Positions 36,857-49,423 of a DNA stretch of 64,000 nucleotides are shown here, in pieces. Source of the DNA: Pristiophorus japonicus. Lineage: Eukaryota. The notes beneath the pieces are model-generated. The model was not told the origin of the DNA. It did no database searches and saw only the letters and a list, made by a program, of their open reading frames with translations. Position numbers and translations under genes: made by a program. Location of the stretch: the NCBI RefSeq assembly GCF_044704955.1, contig NC_091984.1, positions 179,366,001 to 179,430,000 of the forward strand, given 5' to 3'. Position 1 is the stretch's first letter. Each line of letters starts with the position of its first letter.

Positions 36857-37419
36857 AATATTTATCATAATGTTACGACGGATGTTTTAAGCCTTCGGCA
36901 GAATGCTTAGAACATCCGTCGTAACATTATGATAAATACTTCAGAAGTTAGCACTAATATCTGTCTATTATAAATGTATTCTGAAGATGCAGCGTAACAC
37001 ATGGTTAAGATTGGGTTGTTGGATTCTGTAGGCCAAGCTAATCAGCCGGAGATGTCAGTTAAAGGCAATTCAGGAAACATCAAAGTGATTATGTAAATAA
37101 TTATGGCCAGTTTGGGTTCAGGTAGCATTGTTTAAGTTGTTATTATTCTGGTAAAGTTGTGAGCTTCATAACCGCAAAATTGCTTACTACTGATTAGAAA
37201 TGTCTTCCACAGTCCAGTGAGTATGAGCTATATGTGGTACAACATTGTCACCTACTAGCGTAATAGCATATGGCACAAAAAAAAAATCAAATAACTCTCG
37301 ACTTAGAATCAATGGCACAGGCCGTTTGTTATATACATCGCTTGATACTCAGTTCTATTGAAGACAATGGAACGTAATATCATGGCACTTTGTCATTTTG
37401 AATTCAGTTAATTCAAGAA

Positions 37420-39627
37420 AAATCTGGAATGAAAAGCTATAAAAAGCAAACTACGTAGGTATGAGGAGGCAGTTAGCTAAGGTAGATTGAGTAAATACAT
37501 TAAAAGATATGATGGTAGAAAAGCAAAGGATAGAACTTAAAGAATGAATACATAATTTACAACAAATGTCCATTCCTTTAAGGCATAAAAACCCCGTAGG
37601 AAAAGTGGTCCAACTGTGGCTAACAAATGAAGTTAAACATAGTACTAGGTCAAAGGAAGAGGTGTATAAAAATGCAAAAAAGAACAATAAACCTGACGAT
37701 GGGGAGGATTTTAACATTCAGTAAAGGAGGACGAAGAAATTGACAACGAACGGGCGAATAGAATATGAGAGTAAACTAGTGAGAGACTAAACTCAGGCTG
37801 CAAAAACTTCTATCATTAAATAAAAAGGGAAAGATTAACAGAAGTAAATGTCGTTCCCTTACAGGCTGAGGCAGGATAAATTACAATGGAGAATATGTAA
37901 ATGGCAGGGAAGTTAAACAAATACTTTGCATCTCCCTTCAGAGAAGAAGATGCAGAAAATCTCCCAGAAATAGTGCAGAATCAAGGATCTAGCAAGAATG
38001 AGGATCTGAAATAAATTAGTATTCGTAAAAAAAATAGAACTGGAGACATAAATGCGAGTGAAAGCAAATAAATTCCTTGGACCTGATGGCCTACATCCTA
38101 GGGTTTTGAAAGAGATGACTGTAGAGATAGTGGCTGCATTGGTTTTCATCTTCCAAAATTCGTTAGAATCAAGAACGATTCCCATGGATTGGAAGGCAGC
38201 AAAAGCAACCCATGTGTTTAAGAAATGAGGGACAGAGAAAATGGGGAACGACAGACCAGTTAGACTGATATCAATAGTAGGGAAATTGCTAGAATCTATT
38301 ATTAAGGACATGGAAACAGGGCACATAAAATAAGAGGATTGGGCAGAACTAACACCGATTTATGAGAGAGAAATCATGTTTGACGAATCTGTTAGAGTTC
38401 TTTGAGATTGTAATGAACAGAATACTTATGGCATACAGGGAGAACCGATGGATGTGGTGTACTTGGATTTTCAGAAGGCATTCGATCAGGTGCCACACAA
38501 GAGGTTATTAAACAAGATTAGTGTGCATGGAATTGGGGGTAATATCCTAGCATGGTTCGAGGATTAGTTAATGGACAGAAAATAGAGAATAGTAATAAAT
38601 AGGTCATTTTCGGGGTGCAGACTGTAACTAATGGGGTGCCACAAAGATCAGTGTTTGTGCCCCAGCTATTCACAATCTGTATCAATGATTTAGATGAGGG
38701 GCCCAAATGTATTATACGCAAGTTTGATGATGATACAAAGCTGGGTGGGAATGTAAGTTGTGAGGAGGATGCAAAGAGGCGTCAAGGGGATATAGACAGG
38801 CGAGGTGAGTAGGCAAGAACAAGGCAAATGGAAAATAATGTGGAGAAATGTGAAGTTATCCACTTTGGTAGGAAAAATGTAAAAGCATAGTATTTTAAAG
38901 TGATGAGTGGTTGGGAAATGTTGGTGTTCAGACGGACCGGTGTGTCCTTGTACATGAATAACTGAAAAATAACATGCAGGTATTGCAAGCAATTAAGAAA
39001 GCAATTAAGAAAGAAGGTTTGAGTCTGTCTTACTGCAATTATATAGGGCCCTGGTGAGACCACACCAAGAGTATTGTCACAGATTTGGTCTCTTTACCTC
39101 AGGAAGGATATACTTGCCATGGAGGATGTGCAACAAAAGTTCATATGACTGATTCTTGGGATGGGGGATTGCCCTATGAGGGGAAATTGAGTAGCCTGGG
39201 CCTATATTCTCTAGAGTTTAGAAGAATGCGAGATGATCTCTTCACACATACAAAAATCCTAAGCGCCTTGGCAGGGTAGATGCAGGGAAGATGTTTCGCC
39301 TGGCTGGGGAATATAGAACCAGGGGTCACAGTCTCAGAATAAAGGATCGGCCACTTAGGAGTGAGATGATGAGAAATTCCTTCACTCAATGTGTGGTGAA
39401 TCTTTGGAATTCTCTACCCCAGAGAGCTGTGGAGATTCAGTCATTGACTATATTCAAGACAGAGATCGACAGATTGTTAGAGATTAAGGGCATGAAGGGA
39501 AAGGGGGATAGTGCAGGAAAATTGAGTTGATATAAAAGATCCTATTGAATAGCAAAGCAGGCTCGAGGGGCCGAATAGCCTACTCCTGCTCCCATTTCTT
39601 ATGCTCTTATGTTCTTATGTTCTTATG
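37420..39627 (+). mobile_element. Degraded CR1 LINE
   Basis: GPDGLHPRVLKE, YLDFQKAFD, KFDDDTK motifs; (TTCTTATG)n tail 39595-39627. Confidence 0.9.
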
Positions 39628-40618
39628 AAGTGATTTTATGTTTGGTTAATGAAAGAGTTGCTTCTATTTGGAGACCTTCCCGTTCTGTTTCCTACGTCCT
39701 ATAAAGAACAGCAGCGTAAAGGACGCAATTAAATGCCCATCTCTGGTTAACTGCCCTAAATAGCAACGACTTACTTCAACATCATTCTTTGTGCACAATG
39801 TAAACGAAACCTGTTAGCTAACTTTAATTCACGCTCCTCTGAGCAATAAAGCAAGATAATTCTCGATACGCCTCTAAAGTATGAAACAGTTCGGGCTCAC
39901 AGACCATCGCCTGCTGGTAGCTCGGGCCGTACATCTACCCTTTGGGCGATTCCAAGGTCTTTATAATGAGCGTCAATATTGATGCCATTCTCGCTCTAAA
40001 AAAACACTCCACTGTAAAACAAGAAATTAAAAGCTGCAGTTTTTAAGTTACTTTGGAAAAACTAGTTTGCAGCACATAATTAGGAAGTATTGTCTATTGA
40101 CCTTTTTGGATTTTAAAACATGAGTTTTTCGTGGGCGATGTATATTAAAAATGGAATCGAAATCACTCAGGCTTGTTGTTCATAAGAATAATGAGATATG
40201 CGATATGCCACACTCTCTACACTCGCAGCTTTCAGTTGTCTTAGTGCAGTGGGCGAATCAGTATAGCTTGATATCTCTTTCAATTGAATAATGGTCAGCT
40301 CTTACAAGACACATTGGGTCAAATTGCACTGTGTTGTTTTGCTATATCTATCTTTCAGATTTGCAGGAAATTCAATTGGTCGTCATTTTAACAGACTTTA
40401 AATAGTGTAATGTTTCTGTTGAACAGTAGCCAATGGAATTTCACATGAACTCATTCAGTGTCCCAATGCTAAGAGGGACAACGTAATTTCACCTTAATTG
40501 TTTCTGCATGTCGCGATCGAGTGGAGTATTTCAAAAATATGGTGGCTAAAATTTACTTTATGCAATCGTCAATCAGACCAGTTTCGAGGATCCAATAAAC
40601 AGCCATGATCTGACAGAA

Positions 40619-40626
40619 ATTTGCAT
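40619..40626 (+). promoter_or_regulatory. Ig light-chain promoter octamer
   Basis: ATTTGCAT ~130 bp upstream of ATG 40754. Confidence 0.9.
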
Positions 40627-40753
40627 AAATAATAAACGTGACGAGATATCCCCCTGAGTAAATGCTCTTAAGGAGAGCTTTAGAAGGTGATGCATCATTA
40701 GGTGTGTGCAGGGAAACATTTTGTTCTGACCTTGATTTTTTTAAATCTGCGAA

Positions 40754-40802
40754 ATGAGTGAGTGGCTTCATGTTCTCGCTGCCGTGATGTTCTGTTTGCA
40801 AT
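40754..40802 (+). CDS. Ig light chain exon 1 (leader)
   Basis: MSEWLHVLAAVMFCLQ + phase-1 GTAAGT donor at 40803. Confidence 0.92.
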
Positions 40803-40942
40803 GTAAGTAGAGGGCTGTTAAAGTATACCTGCTTATTGTATTATACTGATCGGGTACAATATTTGAGCTTGACCGGTCTGAATTACAATTCTTTCCGCAG
40901 TTTTACTGAGGGACACTTATCAATAACCTTTTATGTTACCAG

Positions 40943-41293
40943 GTACCAACGCGGATACTAGGCTGACACAACCACCGTCCATCTCAACTTTACGGGGAGA
41001 AACCGTCAAAATCACTTGCACCCTATCCGGAGGCAGCATGGGCAGCTACTACACGAGCTGGTACTGGCAGAAACCCGGCAGTGCCCCTGCCTTTGTTTGG
41101 AATGACTGTGATTCGAGTAGAGGTGCGGGGATTCCTGATCGATTCACTGGAGCCAGGGACACCTCGAGCAACGTTATGCATTTAACCATCAGCAATTTAC
41201 AATCTGGGGATGCCGCCGATTATTACTGTGGTGCCTCGGATAGCAATGCTGGTGGATACATTTTCGGGAAAGGAACTAAACTGAATTTGGGCA
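40943..41293 (+). CDS. Ig light chain exon 2: germline-joined VJ (lambda/type II), open frame
   Basis: cag acceptor; DTRLTQPPS...ITC...SWYWQKPG...DYYCGASDSNAGGYIFGKGTKLNLG; phase-1 GTAAGT donor at 41294. Confidence 0.95.
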
Positions 41294-42082
41294 GTAAGTG
41301 AATTTTCGTTATGTACGTCTGGCATTCTTGAATTCCCAATTTTCAATTGTTCGATTAATCCGGTTGTGGTGAAAATGCTTTTGAAAATACGTTTATAATT
41401 CTCAGACTATCTCTTGGTGTATATTCTGTTTGCCAAATGCTCGTGAAAATGTCGCACAACAATTACAATGCTCCAAAAGCTTCCGAATAATTATTTTTGA
41501 GTGAGTAGAATTGAGCTGCACCAGTTTAATTGTAATTTCTTGGTGATTTGTAATATATTCGTAAATCATTGGTCAATCTGCATGATACGGCATTAAATAA
41601 GATGGATGCTTGTGGCTAACTTGTATTTTCCAGGCGCGGTTTTTAATGACTCGCGTGGAGCTCAAACAAAACTATAACGTGAAATATTTTCTAATTCCCT
41701 GACACGGTGTCATTAAAAACTCCCAATCAACAGTTGGTGCGTGTGTCGTTAGTGCGATATTTTCACTATTGTATTTCATGTTAAACATTAATGCATAATT
41801 TCTCTAGTGTGTAAAAAAACACGTAAACCTTAGTGATTGGGTTAGAAATTTTAAGATACATTATAGCTTTGATGAAGTTGATGTTCTTTTCTGACAGGGA
41901 TGTTGAAGTTATCAGAAATAAAATGAGATTAGTGGTTTGTTGCCTTTGGGAAAATATTGTGGATGGAGACGGTCATATCCTGTCTTTTATGTTTTAAGGA
42001 AACTGGGAAATATTAGCTGTAGAGAGATTAGCATAATCAGGTCAAATTATGTGTCCTGGTTAACTATTATCTCTTAACTCTT

Positions 42083-42610
42083 GCAGGAAAATGTGATTGC
42101 ACTAGAGAGGGTACAGTGAAGATTAACCAGAATGCTGCCTGGACTGGAGATTTTTAGCTATTAGGAAAGATTTGATAGGCTGCGTTTGTTTTCTTCGGGA
42201 AAGAGGAGGCTGAGGGGAGACCGTATTGATGTGTATAAAATTATGTGCGGCCTCGATAGAGTGGATAGAAAGCATCTATTTTCCTTAGCAGAGATGTCAA
42301 TAAGCAGAGGGCATATGTTTAAAGTAATTGGTAGGCGGTTTAGAGGGGATATGAGTAGATTTTTTTTCACTCAGAGGGTGATGGTGGTAGAGAACTCACT
42401 GCATGATAGGGTGGTGGAAGCAGCAACCCTCACCACTTAAAAAAAAAGTACTTCGATATGCACTTGAAGTGCCGTAACCTACAAGGCTGCGGACCAGGAC
42501 CTGTAAAGTGGGATTCGGCTTGATAGCTCTTTTCTGGCTGGCGGGGATATCATGGGCCGAAATTACTTACTTTTCTGCCGCAAAATTCTATGCTTCCATG
42601 ATTCTATGAT
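42083..42610 (+). mobile_element. CR1 3' fragment in the J-C intron, absent from cluster 1
   Basis: RRLRGDRIDVYKIM...FFTQRV; TTCTATGA tail. Confidence 0.85.
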
Positions 42611-44745
42611 AAATTTCCCAGAGTTTTCCCGGAATTGGTCAAATATGTTTCGCTGTTTTGGCTGTCCTGAAGATGACAGTACCGGCGGGTGCATGAGTGG
42701 ATATCCTCAGCAACTAAGGGCATGAAACTCCTCTGCCATCTTTGTGTTCGAATATTTGTAGCATTGTAATAAACATCAGTGTTTGATCCCGTGTCGATAT
42801 TTTAACAACTGACAGACTCATTACATTGGAATCCGATTCATTTTGTATTAAAAGAACCGTGGGGTCAGCATTAGAGTTTTTGGTTAAATCTGTCGTAAAA
42901 AAAAGTATAACGATGCAGGCAATCCAAAATACTCAAACGACATTTTGATTGGAATATTTCGCTACATGCTGTAGAAAAGGCGTTGGACTACATTATAAAT
43001 TGTTCCATTGAACTTACATCTGGTGCAAGTTAAATTTCAAAAATAATTTTGAGAGTGTACGAGATTATACTTTCAAACTATTTACAGGTCTTGCAGTTGG
43101 TGTATCTCAGTTTGTAACTTTCTCACGTCTGGAGCGGAACGTTTTAGATTTAAGCCGCTTTTACAGGCGTCAAGTCGGAACATAGTAACAGGAGACCATT
43201 ATGGAGTCCCTGTAGCTAGTTTCACCATTCTATTGGATAGTGGCTGATATGTACCTCAACTCCATTCAGCCGCTTTTTCTCCCTATCCCTTGATAGGCTT
43301 AGCCTACAAAAAAAACAGATCTCAGTCTTGAAAATCTCAATTTACCCAACAACCACAAACTTTTTGCCGGCAGGAAGTTTCAGATTTCCACCACCATTGG
43401 TGTGAAATAGTGTTTCCTGATTTCACTGCTTCACACTTTAGCTCTAATTTTAAGACTGTGCCTTCTTGTTCTGGATTCCCCCAGCAAAGAAAATAGTGAT
43501 ATGGATGGAGTGCAGCATTGAAGGAAATGTCTTCCTTTGGCTGACGCCACAAAGAAGAATTCCACATTCCTATTCAAGTGGACGTTCACGATCCCGTTGC
43601 ATTGTTCAAGGAACAGCAGAAAATCACAGCCCATTTCCCCACCCCCACAGCAATCATTCCAATTTAAAAAAAGGGATTTGTGTCCGTAGCATCTTTCTTT
43701 TTTAAGTTTATTATCACTGCTCTTCAAAGTAATATATGTGAAAACGGATGCGGTGCTTTAACATGCTGCACGCTATTCGTTTTATATTAACATAAAAAAG
43801 TAGAAGCAGCTGAGCTTTCTGCAGCAGATTCCACAACCGACCATGTAGCTAAACGCCGAAAATTGGATAGCTACTCAAGCGTGACTCTGCCAGGGTGCAA
43901 TCGTAGCCCCCAGCATTCACGTTATAAACGACTGAAAATACTGAGCAATCTAGGGCTCTGAATCATTGAACATGCTGGGCGGTGAGCTAATAGCAGTCTT
44001 TAAATTTATGAAAGGGTTTGTTAGTGTCGACGTAGGAAAGTTATTTCCACTTGAGTGGTAGTCCAAAACCAGGGGTCATAAATAGTAGATAGTCACAAAT
44101 ATGTCCAAGAATGAATTCAGGAGAAAGTTATTTGCCCACAAAGTGGTTAGAATGTGGAACTTGTTACCACCAGGACAAGTTGAGGCGAAATACTGAAATG
44201 GATTTAAGGGGAAACTAGTTAAGTACATGCGTGCGAAAGAGATAGAGGAAATGCAGCCAGGGTTAGATGAAGTAGGGTGGTAGTAGGCTGCTGGGGAGCA
44301 TGAACACCGGAATAGACCAGTTGGGCGGAATGGCCTGTTTCTGTGCTGTAAAGTCTATCTCATTCAATGTAACAATATAAGCCTGGCGCCGTTCAGCGTT
44401 ATTAAAATTGCATCGCAATATCTTAATAAGTTTGGGATACACTTTATAAGAAGATTTAAAGAAAGACAAACTTGAACCTTCAGGTTTAATCCAAATAAGA
44501 AAGATTAATCTTCCAGTTTTATTTTCTTCTAGATGCACGGACCCTCGGTTTTTCTTCAATTCGTTATATAATTTTCTAGTTCAATGGACCCTATGAGATT
44601 AGTTAAAGAATATTTTTAATCTCCCGTTGTTACATTCTTAAGCTTGTAAAGTGGTACCCAATTTTAAATTTTGAAAAATAAAATTTCGACTTTTTACATC
44701 CAATTCAGAGTGGTCTTCACGGGTTGTTTCTACTTTTCCCTTCAG

Positions 44746-45068
44746 ATCCGCGGGCGCCCTCGGTGACCGTCTTTCCGCCTTCATCGGATCAAATAGCAGC
44801 AAAGAACACGGCGACCCTGGTGTGTTTGGTGAATGGCTTTAACCCGGGTGCTGCGGAGATTGAGTGGACTGTAGATGGCCGTGTGAGAGGGAATGGTGTT
44901 GAGAGGAGTCGGATCCAACAGGAGACGGACAACACGTTCAGTGTGAGCAGTTATCTGACTCTGCCAGCCTCAGAGTGGAACTCACACGAGCTTTACTCCT
45001 GTGTGGTTAAACACGAGACTCAGGCAAACCCGCTTAAAAAAAGTATTGCCAGATCCAGCTATATCTGA
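44746..45068 (+). CDS. Ig light chain exon 3: constant domain, open frame
   Basis: cag acceptor; NPRAPSVTVFPPS...ATLVCLV...EIEW...YSCVVKHE...SIARSSYI*; splices in frame with VJ. Confidence 0.95.
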
Positions 45069-45270
45069 TTCAATAATCTGATGTATTCTTCTAATCAGTA
45101 AACTTTCTTTGAACAAAGTTCGAATTAAAGCTTAGGTTTTTCTAAAGGTTAATTGCTGTATTTCAAGCTATAAAAATAAAGATGCAGTTTGTTTGCTTGA
45201 TTCCTCCAGGTGTAACCCAAGAGTGTGCTGACTGTGCATTCATCATACCTTTACCGTCTCATTGCAATAT

Positions 45271-45276
45271 AATAAA
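45271..45276 (+). terminator. Probable poly(A) signal of the light-chain gene
   Basis: AATAAA conserved with the paralogue (26600-26605); another AATAAA at 45175-45180 is not conserved. Confidence 0.6.
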
Positions 45277-48260
45277 ATTATTGTTCCACTGTTCAGAATT
45301 TCTTGCTTCAATTCTCTCCGAATTCATGACCGTTTTTAAAATGTCCAAATCTCGAGGTTCCACTCTTGGGAAACTTTTGAAAATTAACCTAAAACCGCTA
45401 GTTGAAATTACGCTTCTGTCACAGGTCGAAACATAACAACGTATAAAATGCTAAATTCTGTTTGTGCATTGATTGAACTGCTTTGGGTCAATGCTTGTTT
45501 TTAATATTCTCCCTTTTCTGAATGACCTCAATGAGAAACTATATAAATACGAAATAACGTTGTATGAAACCCGATGCAAAAGTTACATCTTAATGAAAGT
45601 CCCAGTAGAATGGGAATGTAACGTGAATTGAAATGAGAACGCATAGAATCGTAGAATGATGCCGCACAGAAGTAGGCCATTCGGCCCATCGGATTTGTGC
45701 GGGCTCTTTGAAAGAGCTTGTCCAAATAGCGCCACTCCCCTACACATTCATGCTGAATTCATGCTCCTCGAAGTTAAAGCACGGATCCCTTGATCAGGAT
45801 CATATGTTAGAGCTTATTTTGCATCCAATTATTTGCATAAGAACACGAACAGTATCAATAGCCCTTTTTATGCAAACAGCTTAGTGAACCAAAGGTTTCA
45901 CTGTGGAGTTTCAGGAGGTGCGCATAGATAATGGCTAAATTAGGATAACCTGACATGGTCACAATGCAAGATGGCTTAATGCCTTGAGAATTACTAATAT
46001 TTCAAAGGACAAACTAGATTATGGATAATGGAAAATGAGCTCATCGAAGCCATGTAAAACAACAACCTTAAGAGATCTTGAGCTAAAAGAAACTGGAACC
46101 GTCTGGTACATGTAAAGGTAGAACAAGGGTCACAAAGAAGTTAGTTGAAATGGAGTTCCAGGGGCGGAACGACGGCAACTCAGTTCAGCTATTCCAGTTT
46201 GCTGATCTCTATAAATATAAATGATCAGCAACAACGTTCTGTCTTAATGCTGCAAATTGCCACGAACAGCATCGTCTGTATATCCCAAATAGAAATTCTA
46301 CTTCTGAGTTTATAGACGTATATTACTTACTTGTAGTCTTATCCGCACTGAAATATCAATAAACATCGACTCATGGATATTTGTCCAGTGAATCCGTGTC
46401 TGATTATCCTTGAGCCAGCCCCAACGTGTATTAGAGGAAATTCGGGAATATGAATTGAATTTGGCGTTAACAACAAAATGTAGAAGTAATGGAGAACTTA
46501 GCAGAATATGTACACGAATACAGCGCCAGCCACACTGGTAGCCCTCTTACACTAGCGGATTTGATGGGGAACACCCTGAGCGTGTTGATCCATGTGCTAG
46601 AGAAATAGCTCTTTAGCGCCAGATAACATTATAAAAACCACACCAAAGCACGGGTGTGGCAAGTTTTGATTGCCATTACTAAGGAAGTTGAAGTTTAGAA
46701 TAAGAAACGAAGAACTAGTATAAAAGAATAAAGGGTGAGCAGTAAGGAGTGTCTGTAACATGTCAAGAACTAATAACGCAATGAGAATCGTGCTCAAAAT
46801 TTTTTTAATAAATTAAATAAAATTGTGCAGGAGGAGGATGAACAGTTCCAGCGATTAAAGTAAGCCATCAAAAATTAGACCGAGGTTGTGCTGCAGTTCG
46901 ATAAAGATGCCTCTGCTATTCACATCAGTTGTAACAAAAGAATTGTGAGACAAAATAATTAAATTAACGGCCCACAACGTTGTTAACCAGAACTCCACAA
47001 GGCCCAGGCTTGGTTGAAGATTCTGACCAATGGGTGATTACATAGATAAATTGTGCTGGTACATCAACCACATCCCTGAATTAGTAAATAAGGCGGCACA
47101 ACAGGAGCACCAATGCAAGCCTGAGAACGAGCATCGCTTATACCTATATGAGGATTGAATCCCGTAGAAAACTCGGGTAAGTAATCAATATCACAGTTGA
47201 GATGAGAGAATAAGGATAAATAAAGGAGAAGATGATATTCCTTTCTTACCATTGACCAAGGCTGTGTCAGGTTCTTTTTTTTGTTTCAGTGTATTGTTTT
47301 GTTTTAATTTCACCGTGAAACTGCAATCTATGGAACTATGCCCGGGGTGGCTCCGTCCCCTATTGACAGTGACTCTTAAAAGTGTTGCCCCTTTGTAGAC
47401 ATTACTTTAGTTACCAATTAAGACCTGCAAGAGCAATTTTTTCCTCAATTTTAAATTGAATGGAAAGGCAACGAAACAATCCATTTTGGAGGAAGATAAA
47501 TTATATTTTAAAAACAAGGTCATAACTACTGCTTCCTGTAAGAGGAGTAATAGCGAGCCGAATTGCCAGCATCATATTAATTTGGGTCACAGAAGTTTTA
47601 GAAGGGTTGAATGGAATGTAATTACTTTTCGAGGACAATGGGCCACAGAGATTAGCACTAAAGTATGGGAGGATGTATTGTCTGGAGTTAGATTAGATGT
47701 GTGAAAGAATAATAGACTTTCTCAGCAATAAATATCTATAAGAGATAGGCAAGTGAAGGGAAGAAAGTCGAATATCAAAAAAGACAGCAATACGATTATG
47801 CACGTGGAACATGTGAGGTGGAAATTGCACTGCATGTTGCAAAGATGTATTAACAGGTTGTAATAGGAACGGGTTTAAGTAATAACATTATGCGTAAAGC
47901 AAGTAGTCGGTCCAAAACCCCCCTATTTCTCAAGTGAATGCTGCCCCTCCTCGACGTTAGCAGAAGACACATCAATTTCCACATGTATACTGATGATACC
48001 CAGTTGTACCTCACCACCACCTCTCTCAATCCCTCCACTGCTTCTGTGCCTCAGACATCCAGTCTTGACTGACAGAATTATCATCCACTTAACAAGCGTA
48101 GTCTATTAAACCTGGCCTTTTAATTTTTAGCCTCAGTATCATCCTGGTGAATCTTTGCTCCACTCTGTGCAAGGCCGATATATTATTCTTGAGGTGTGGT
48201 GCCCAGTACTGAACACAGTACTCTAGATTGGGTCTACCCAGAGCTCTGACCAGCTGTAAT

Positions 48261-49392
48261 GGGGTTGGGGTAAAAGATTAGCATGGATAGAAGATTGGCT
48301 AACAAACTGAAAACAGACAGTCTGGATAAATTGTACATTCTCTGGTTGGCAACCAGTAAAGAGTGGGGTGCCACAGGGATCAGTGCTGGGACCTCAACTA
48401 TTTACAATCTATATTAACGACTTGGAAGAAGGGACGGAGTGTAATGCAGCCAAGTTTGCTCACGATACAAAGATGGGAGGGAAAGCACTTTGTGAGGAGG
48501 ACATAAAAAAGCTGCAAATGGACATAGACAGGCTAAGTGAGTGAGCAAAAATATGGCAGATGGAATATAATGTTGGAAAGTGTGAGGTCATGCACTTTGG
48601 CAGAAAAAATCAACAGCAAGTTATTTTTCAAATGGAGAAAGATTGCAAAGTGCTGCGATACAGCGGGACCTAGGGGTACTTGTGCATGAAACACAGAACG
48701 ATTGTATGTAGGTACAGCAAGTGATCTGGAAGGCCAATGGAATATTGGACTTTATTGCAAAGGGGATGGAGTATAAAAGCAGGGAACTCTTGTTACAGCT
48801 GTACAGGGTATTGTGAGGCCACACCTGGAATACTGCGTGCAGTTTTGGTTTCCATATCTACGAAAGGATATGCTTCCTTTGGAGGCAGTTCAGCGAAGGT
48901 ACAATAGGTTGATTCCGGGGATGAGGGGGTTGACTTATGAGGAAAGGTTGAGTAGTTTGGGCCTCTACTTATTGGAATTCAGAAGAATGAGAGGTGATCT
49001 TATCGAAACGTATAAAATTATGAGAGGGCTTGACGAGGTGGATGCAGAGAGGATGTTTCCACTGCTAGGAGAGAATAGAACTAGAGGGCATGATCTTAGA
49101 ATAAAGGGCCGCCCATTTAGAACTGAGATGAGGGGAAATTTAATCTCTCAGAGGGTTGTGAATCCGTGCAATTCACTGCCTCAGAGAGCTGTGAAAGCTG
49201 GGACATTAAATATATTTAACACAGAAATAGACAGTTTCTTATTCGATAAAGGGATAAGGGGTTATGGGGAGTGGGCAGGGAAGTGGAGCTGAATCCATGA
49301 TAGGATCAGCCATGATTTTGTTGAATGGCGGAGCAGGCTCAATAGGACGTATGGCCTGCTCCTGCTCCTATTTCTTATGTTCTTATGTTCTT
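48261..49392 (+). mobile_element. CR1 LINE, 5'-truncated
   Basis: [24 protein letters not shown]...WAGKWS*, (TTCTTATG)n tail. Confidence 0.92.
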
Positions 49393-49423
49393 AAGCGGAA
49401 CGTTGTCAAATCACCCCTGTACT

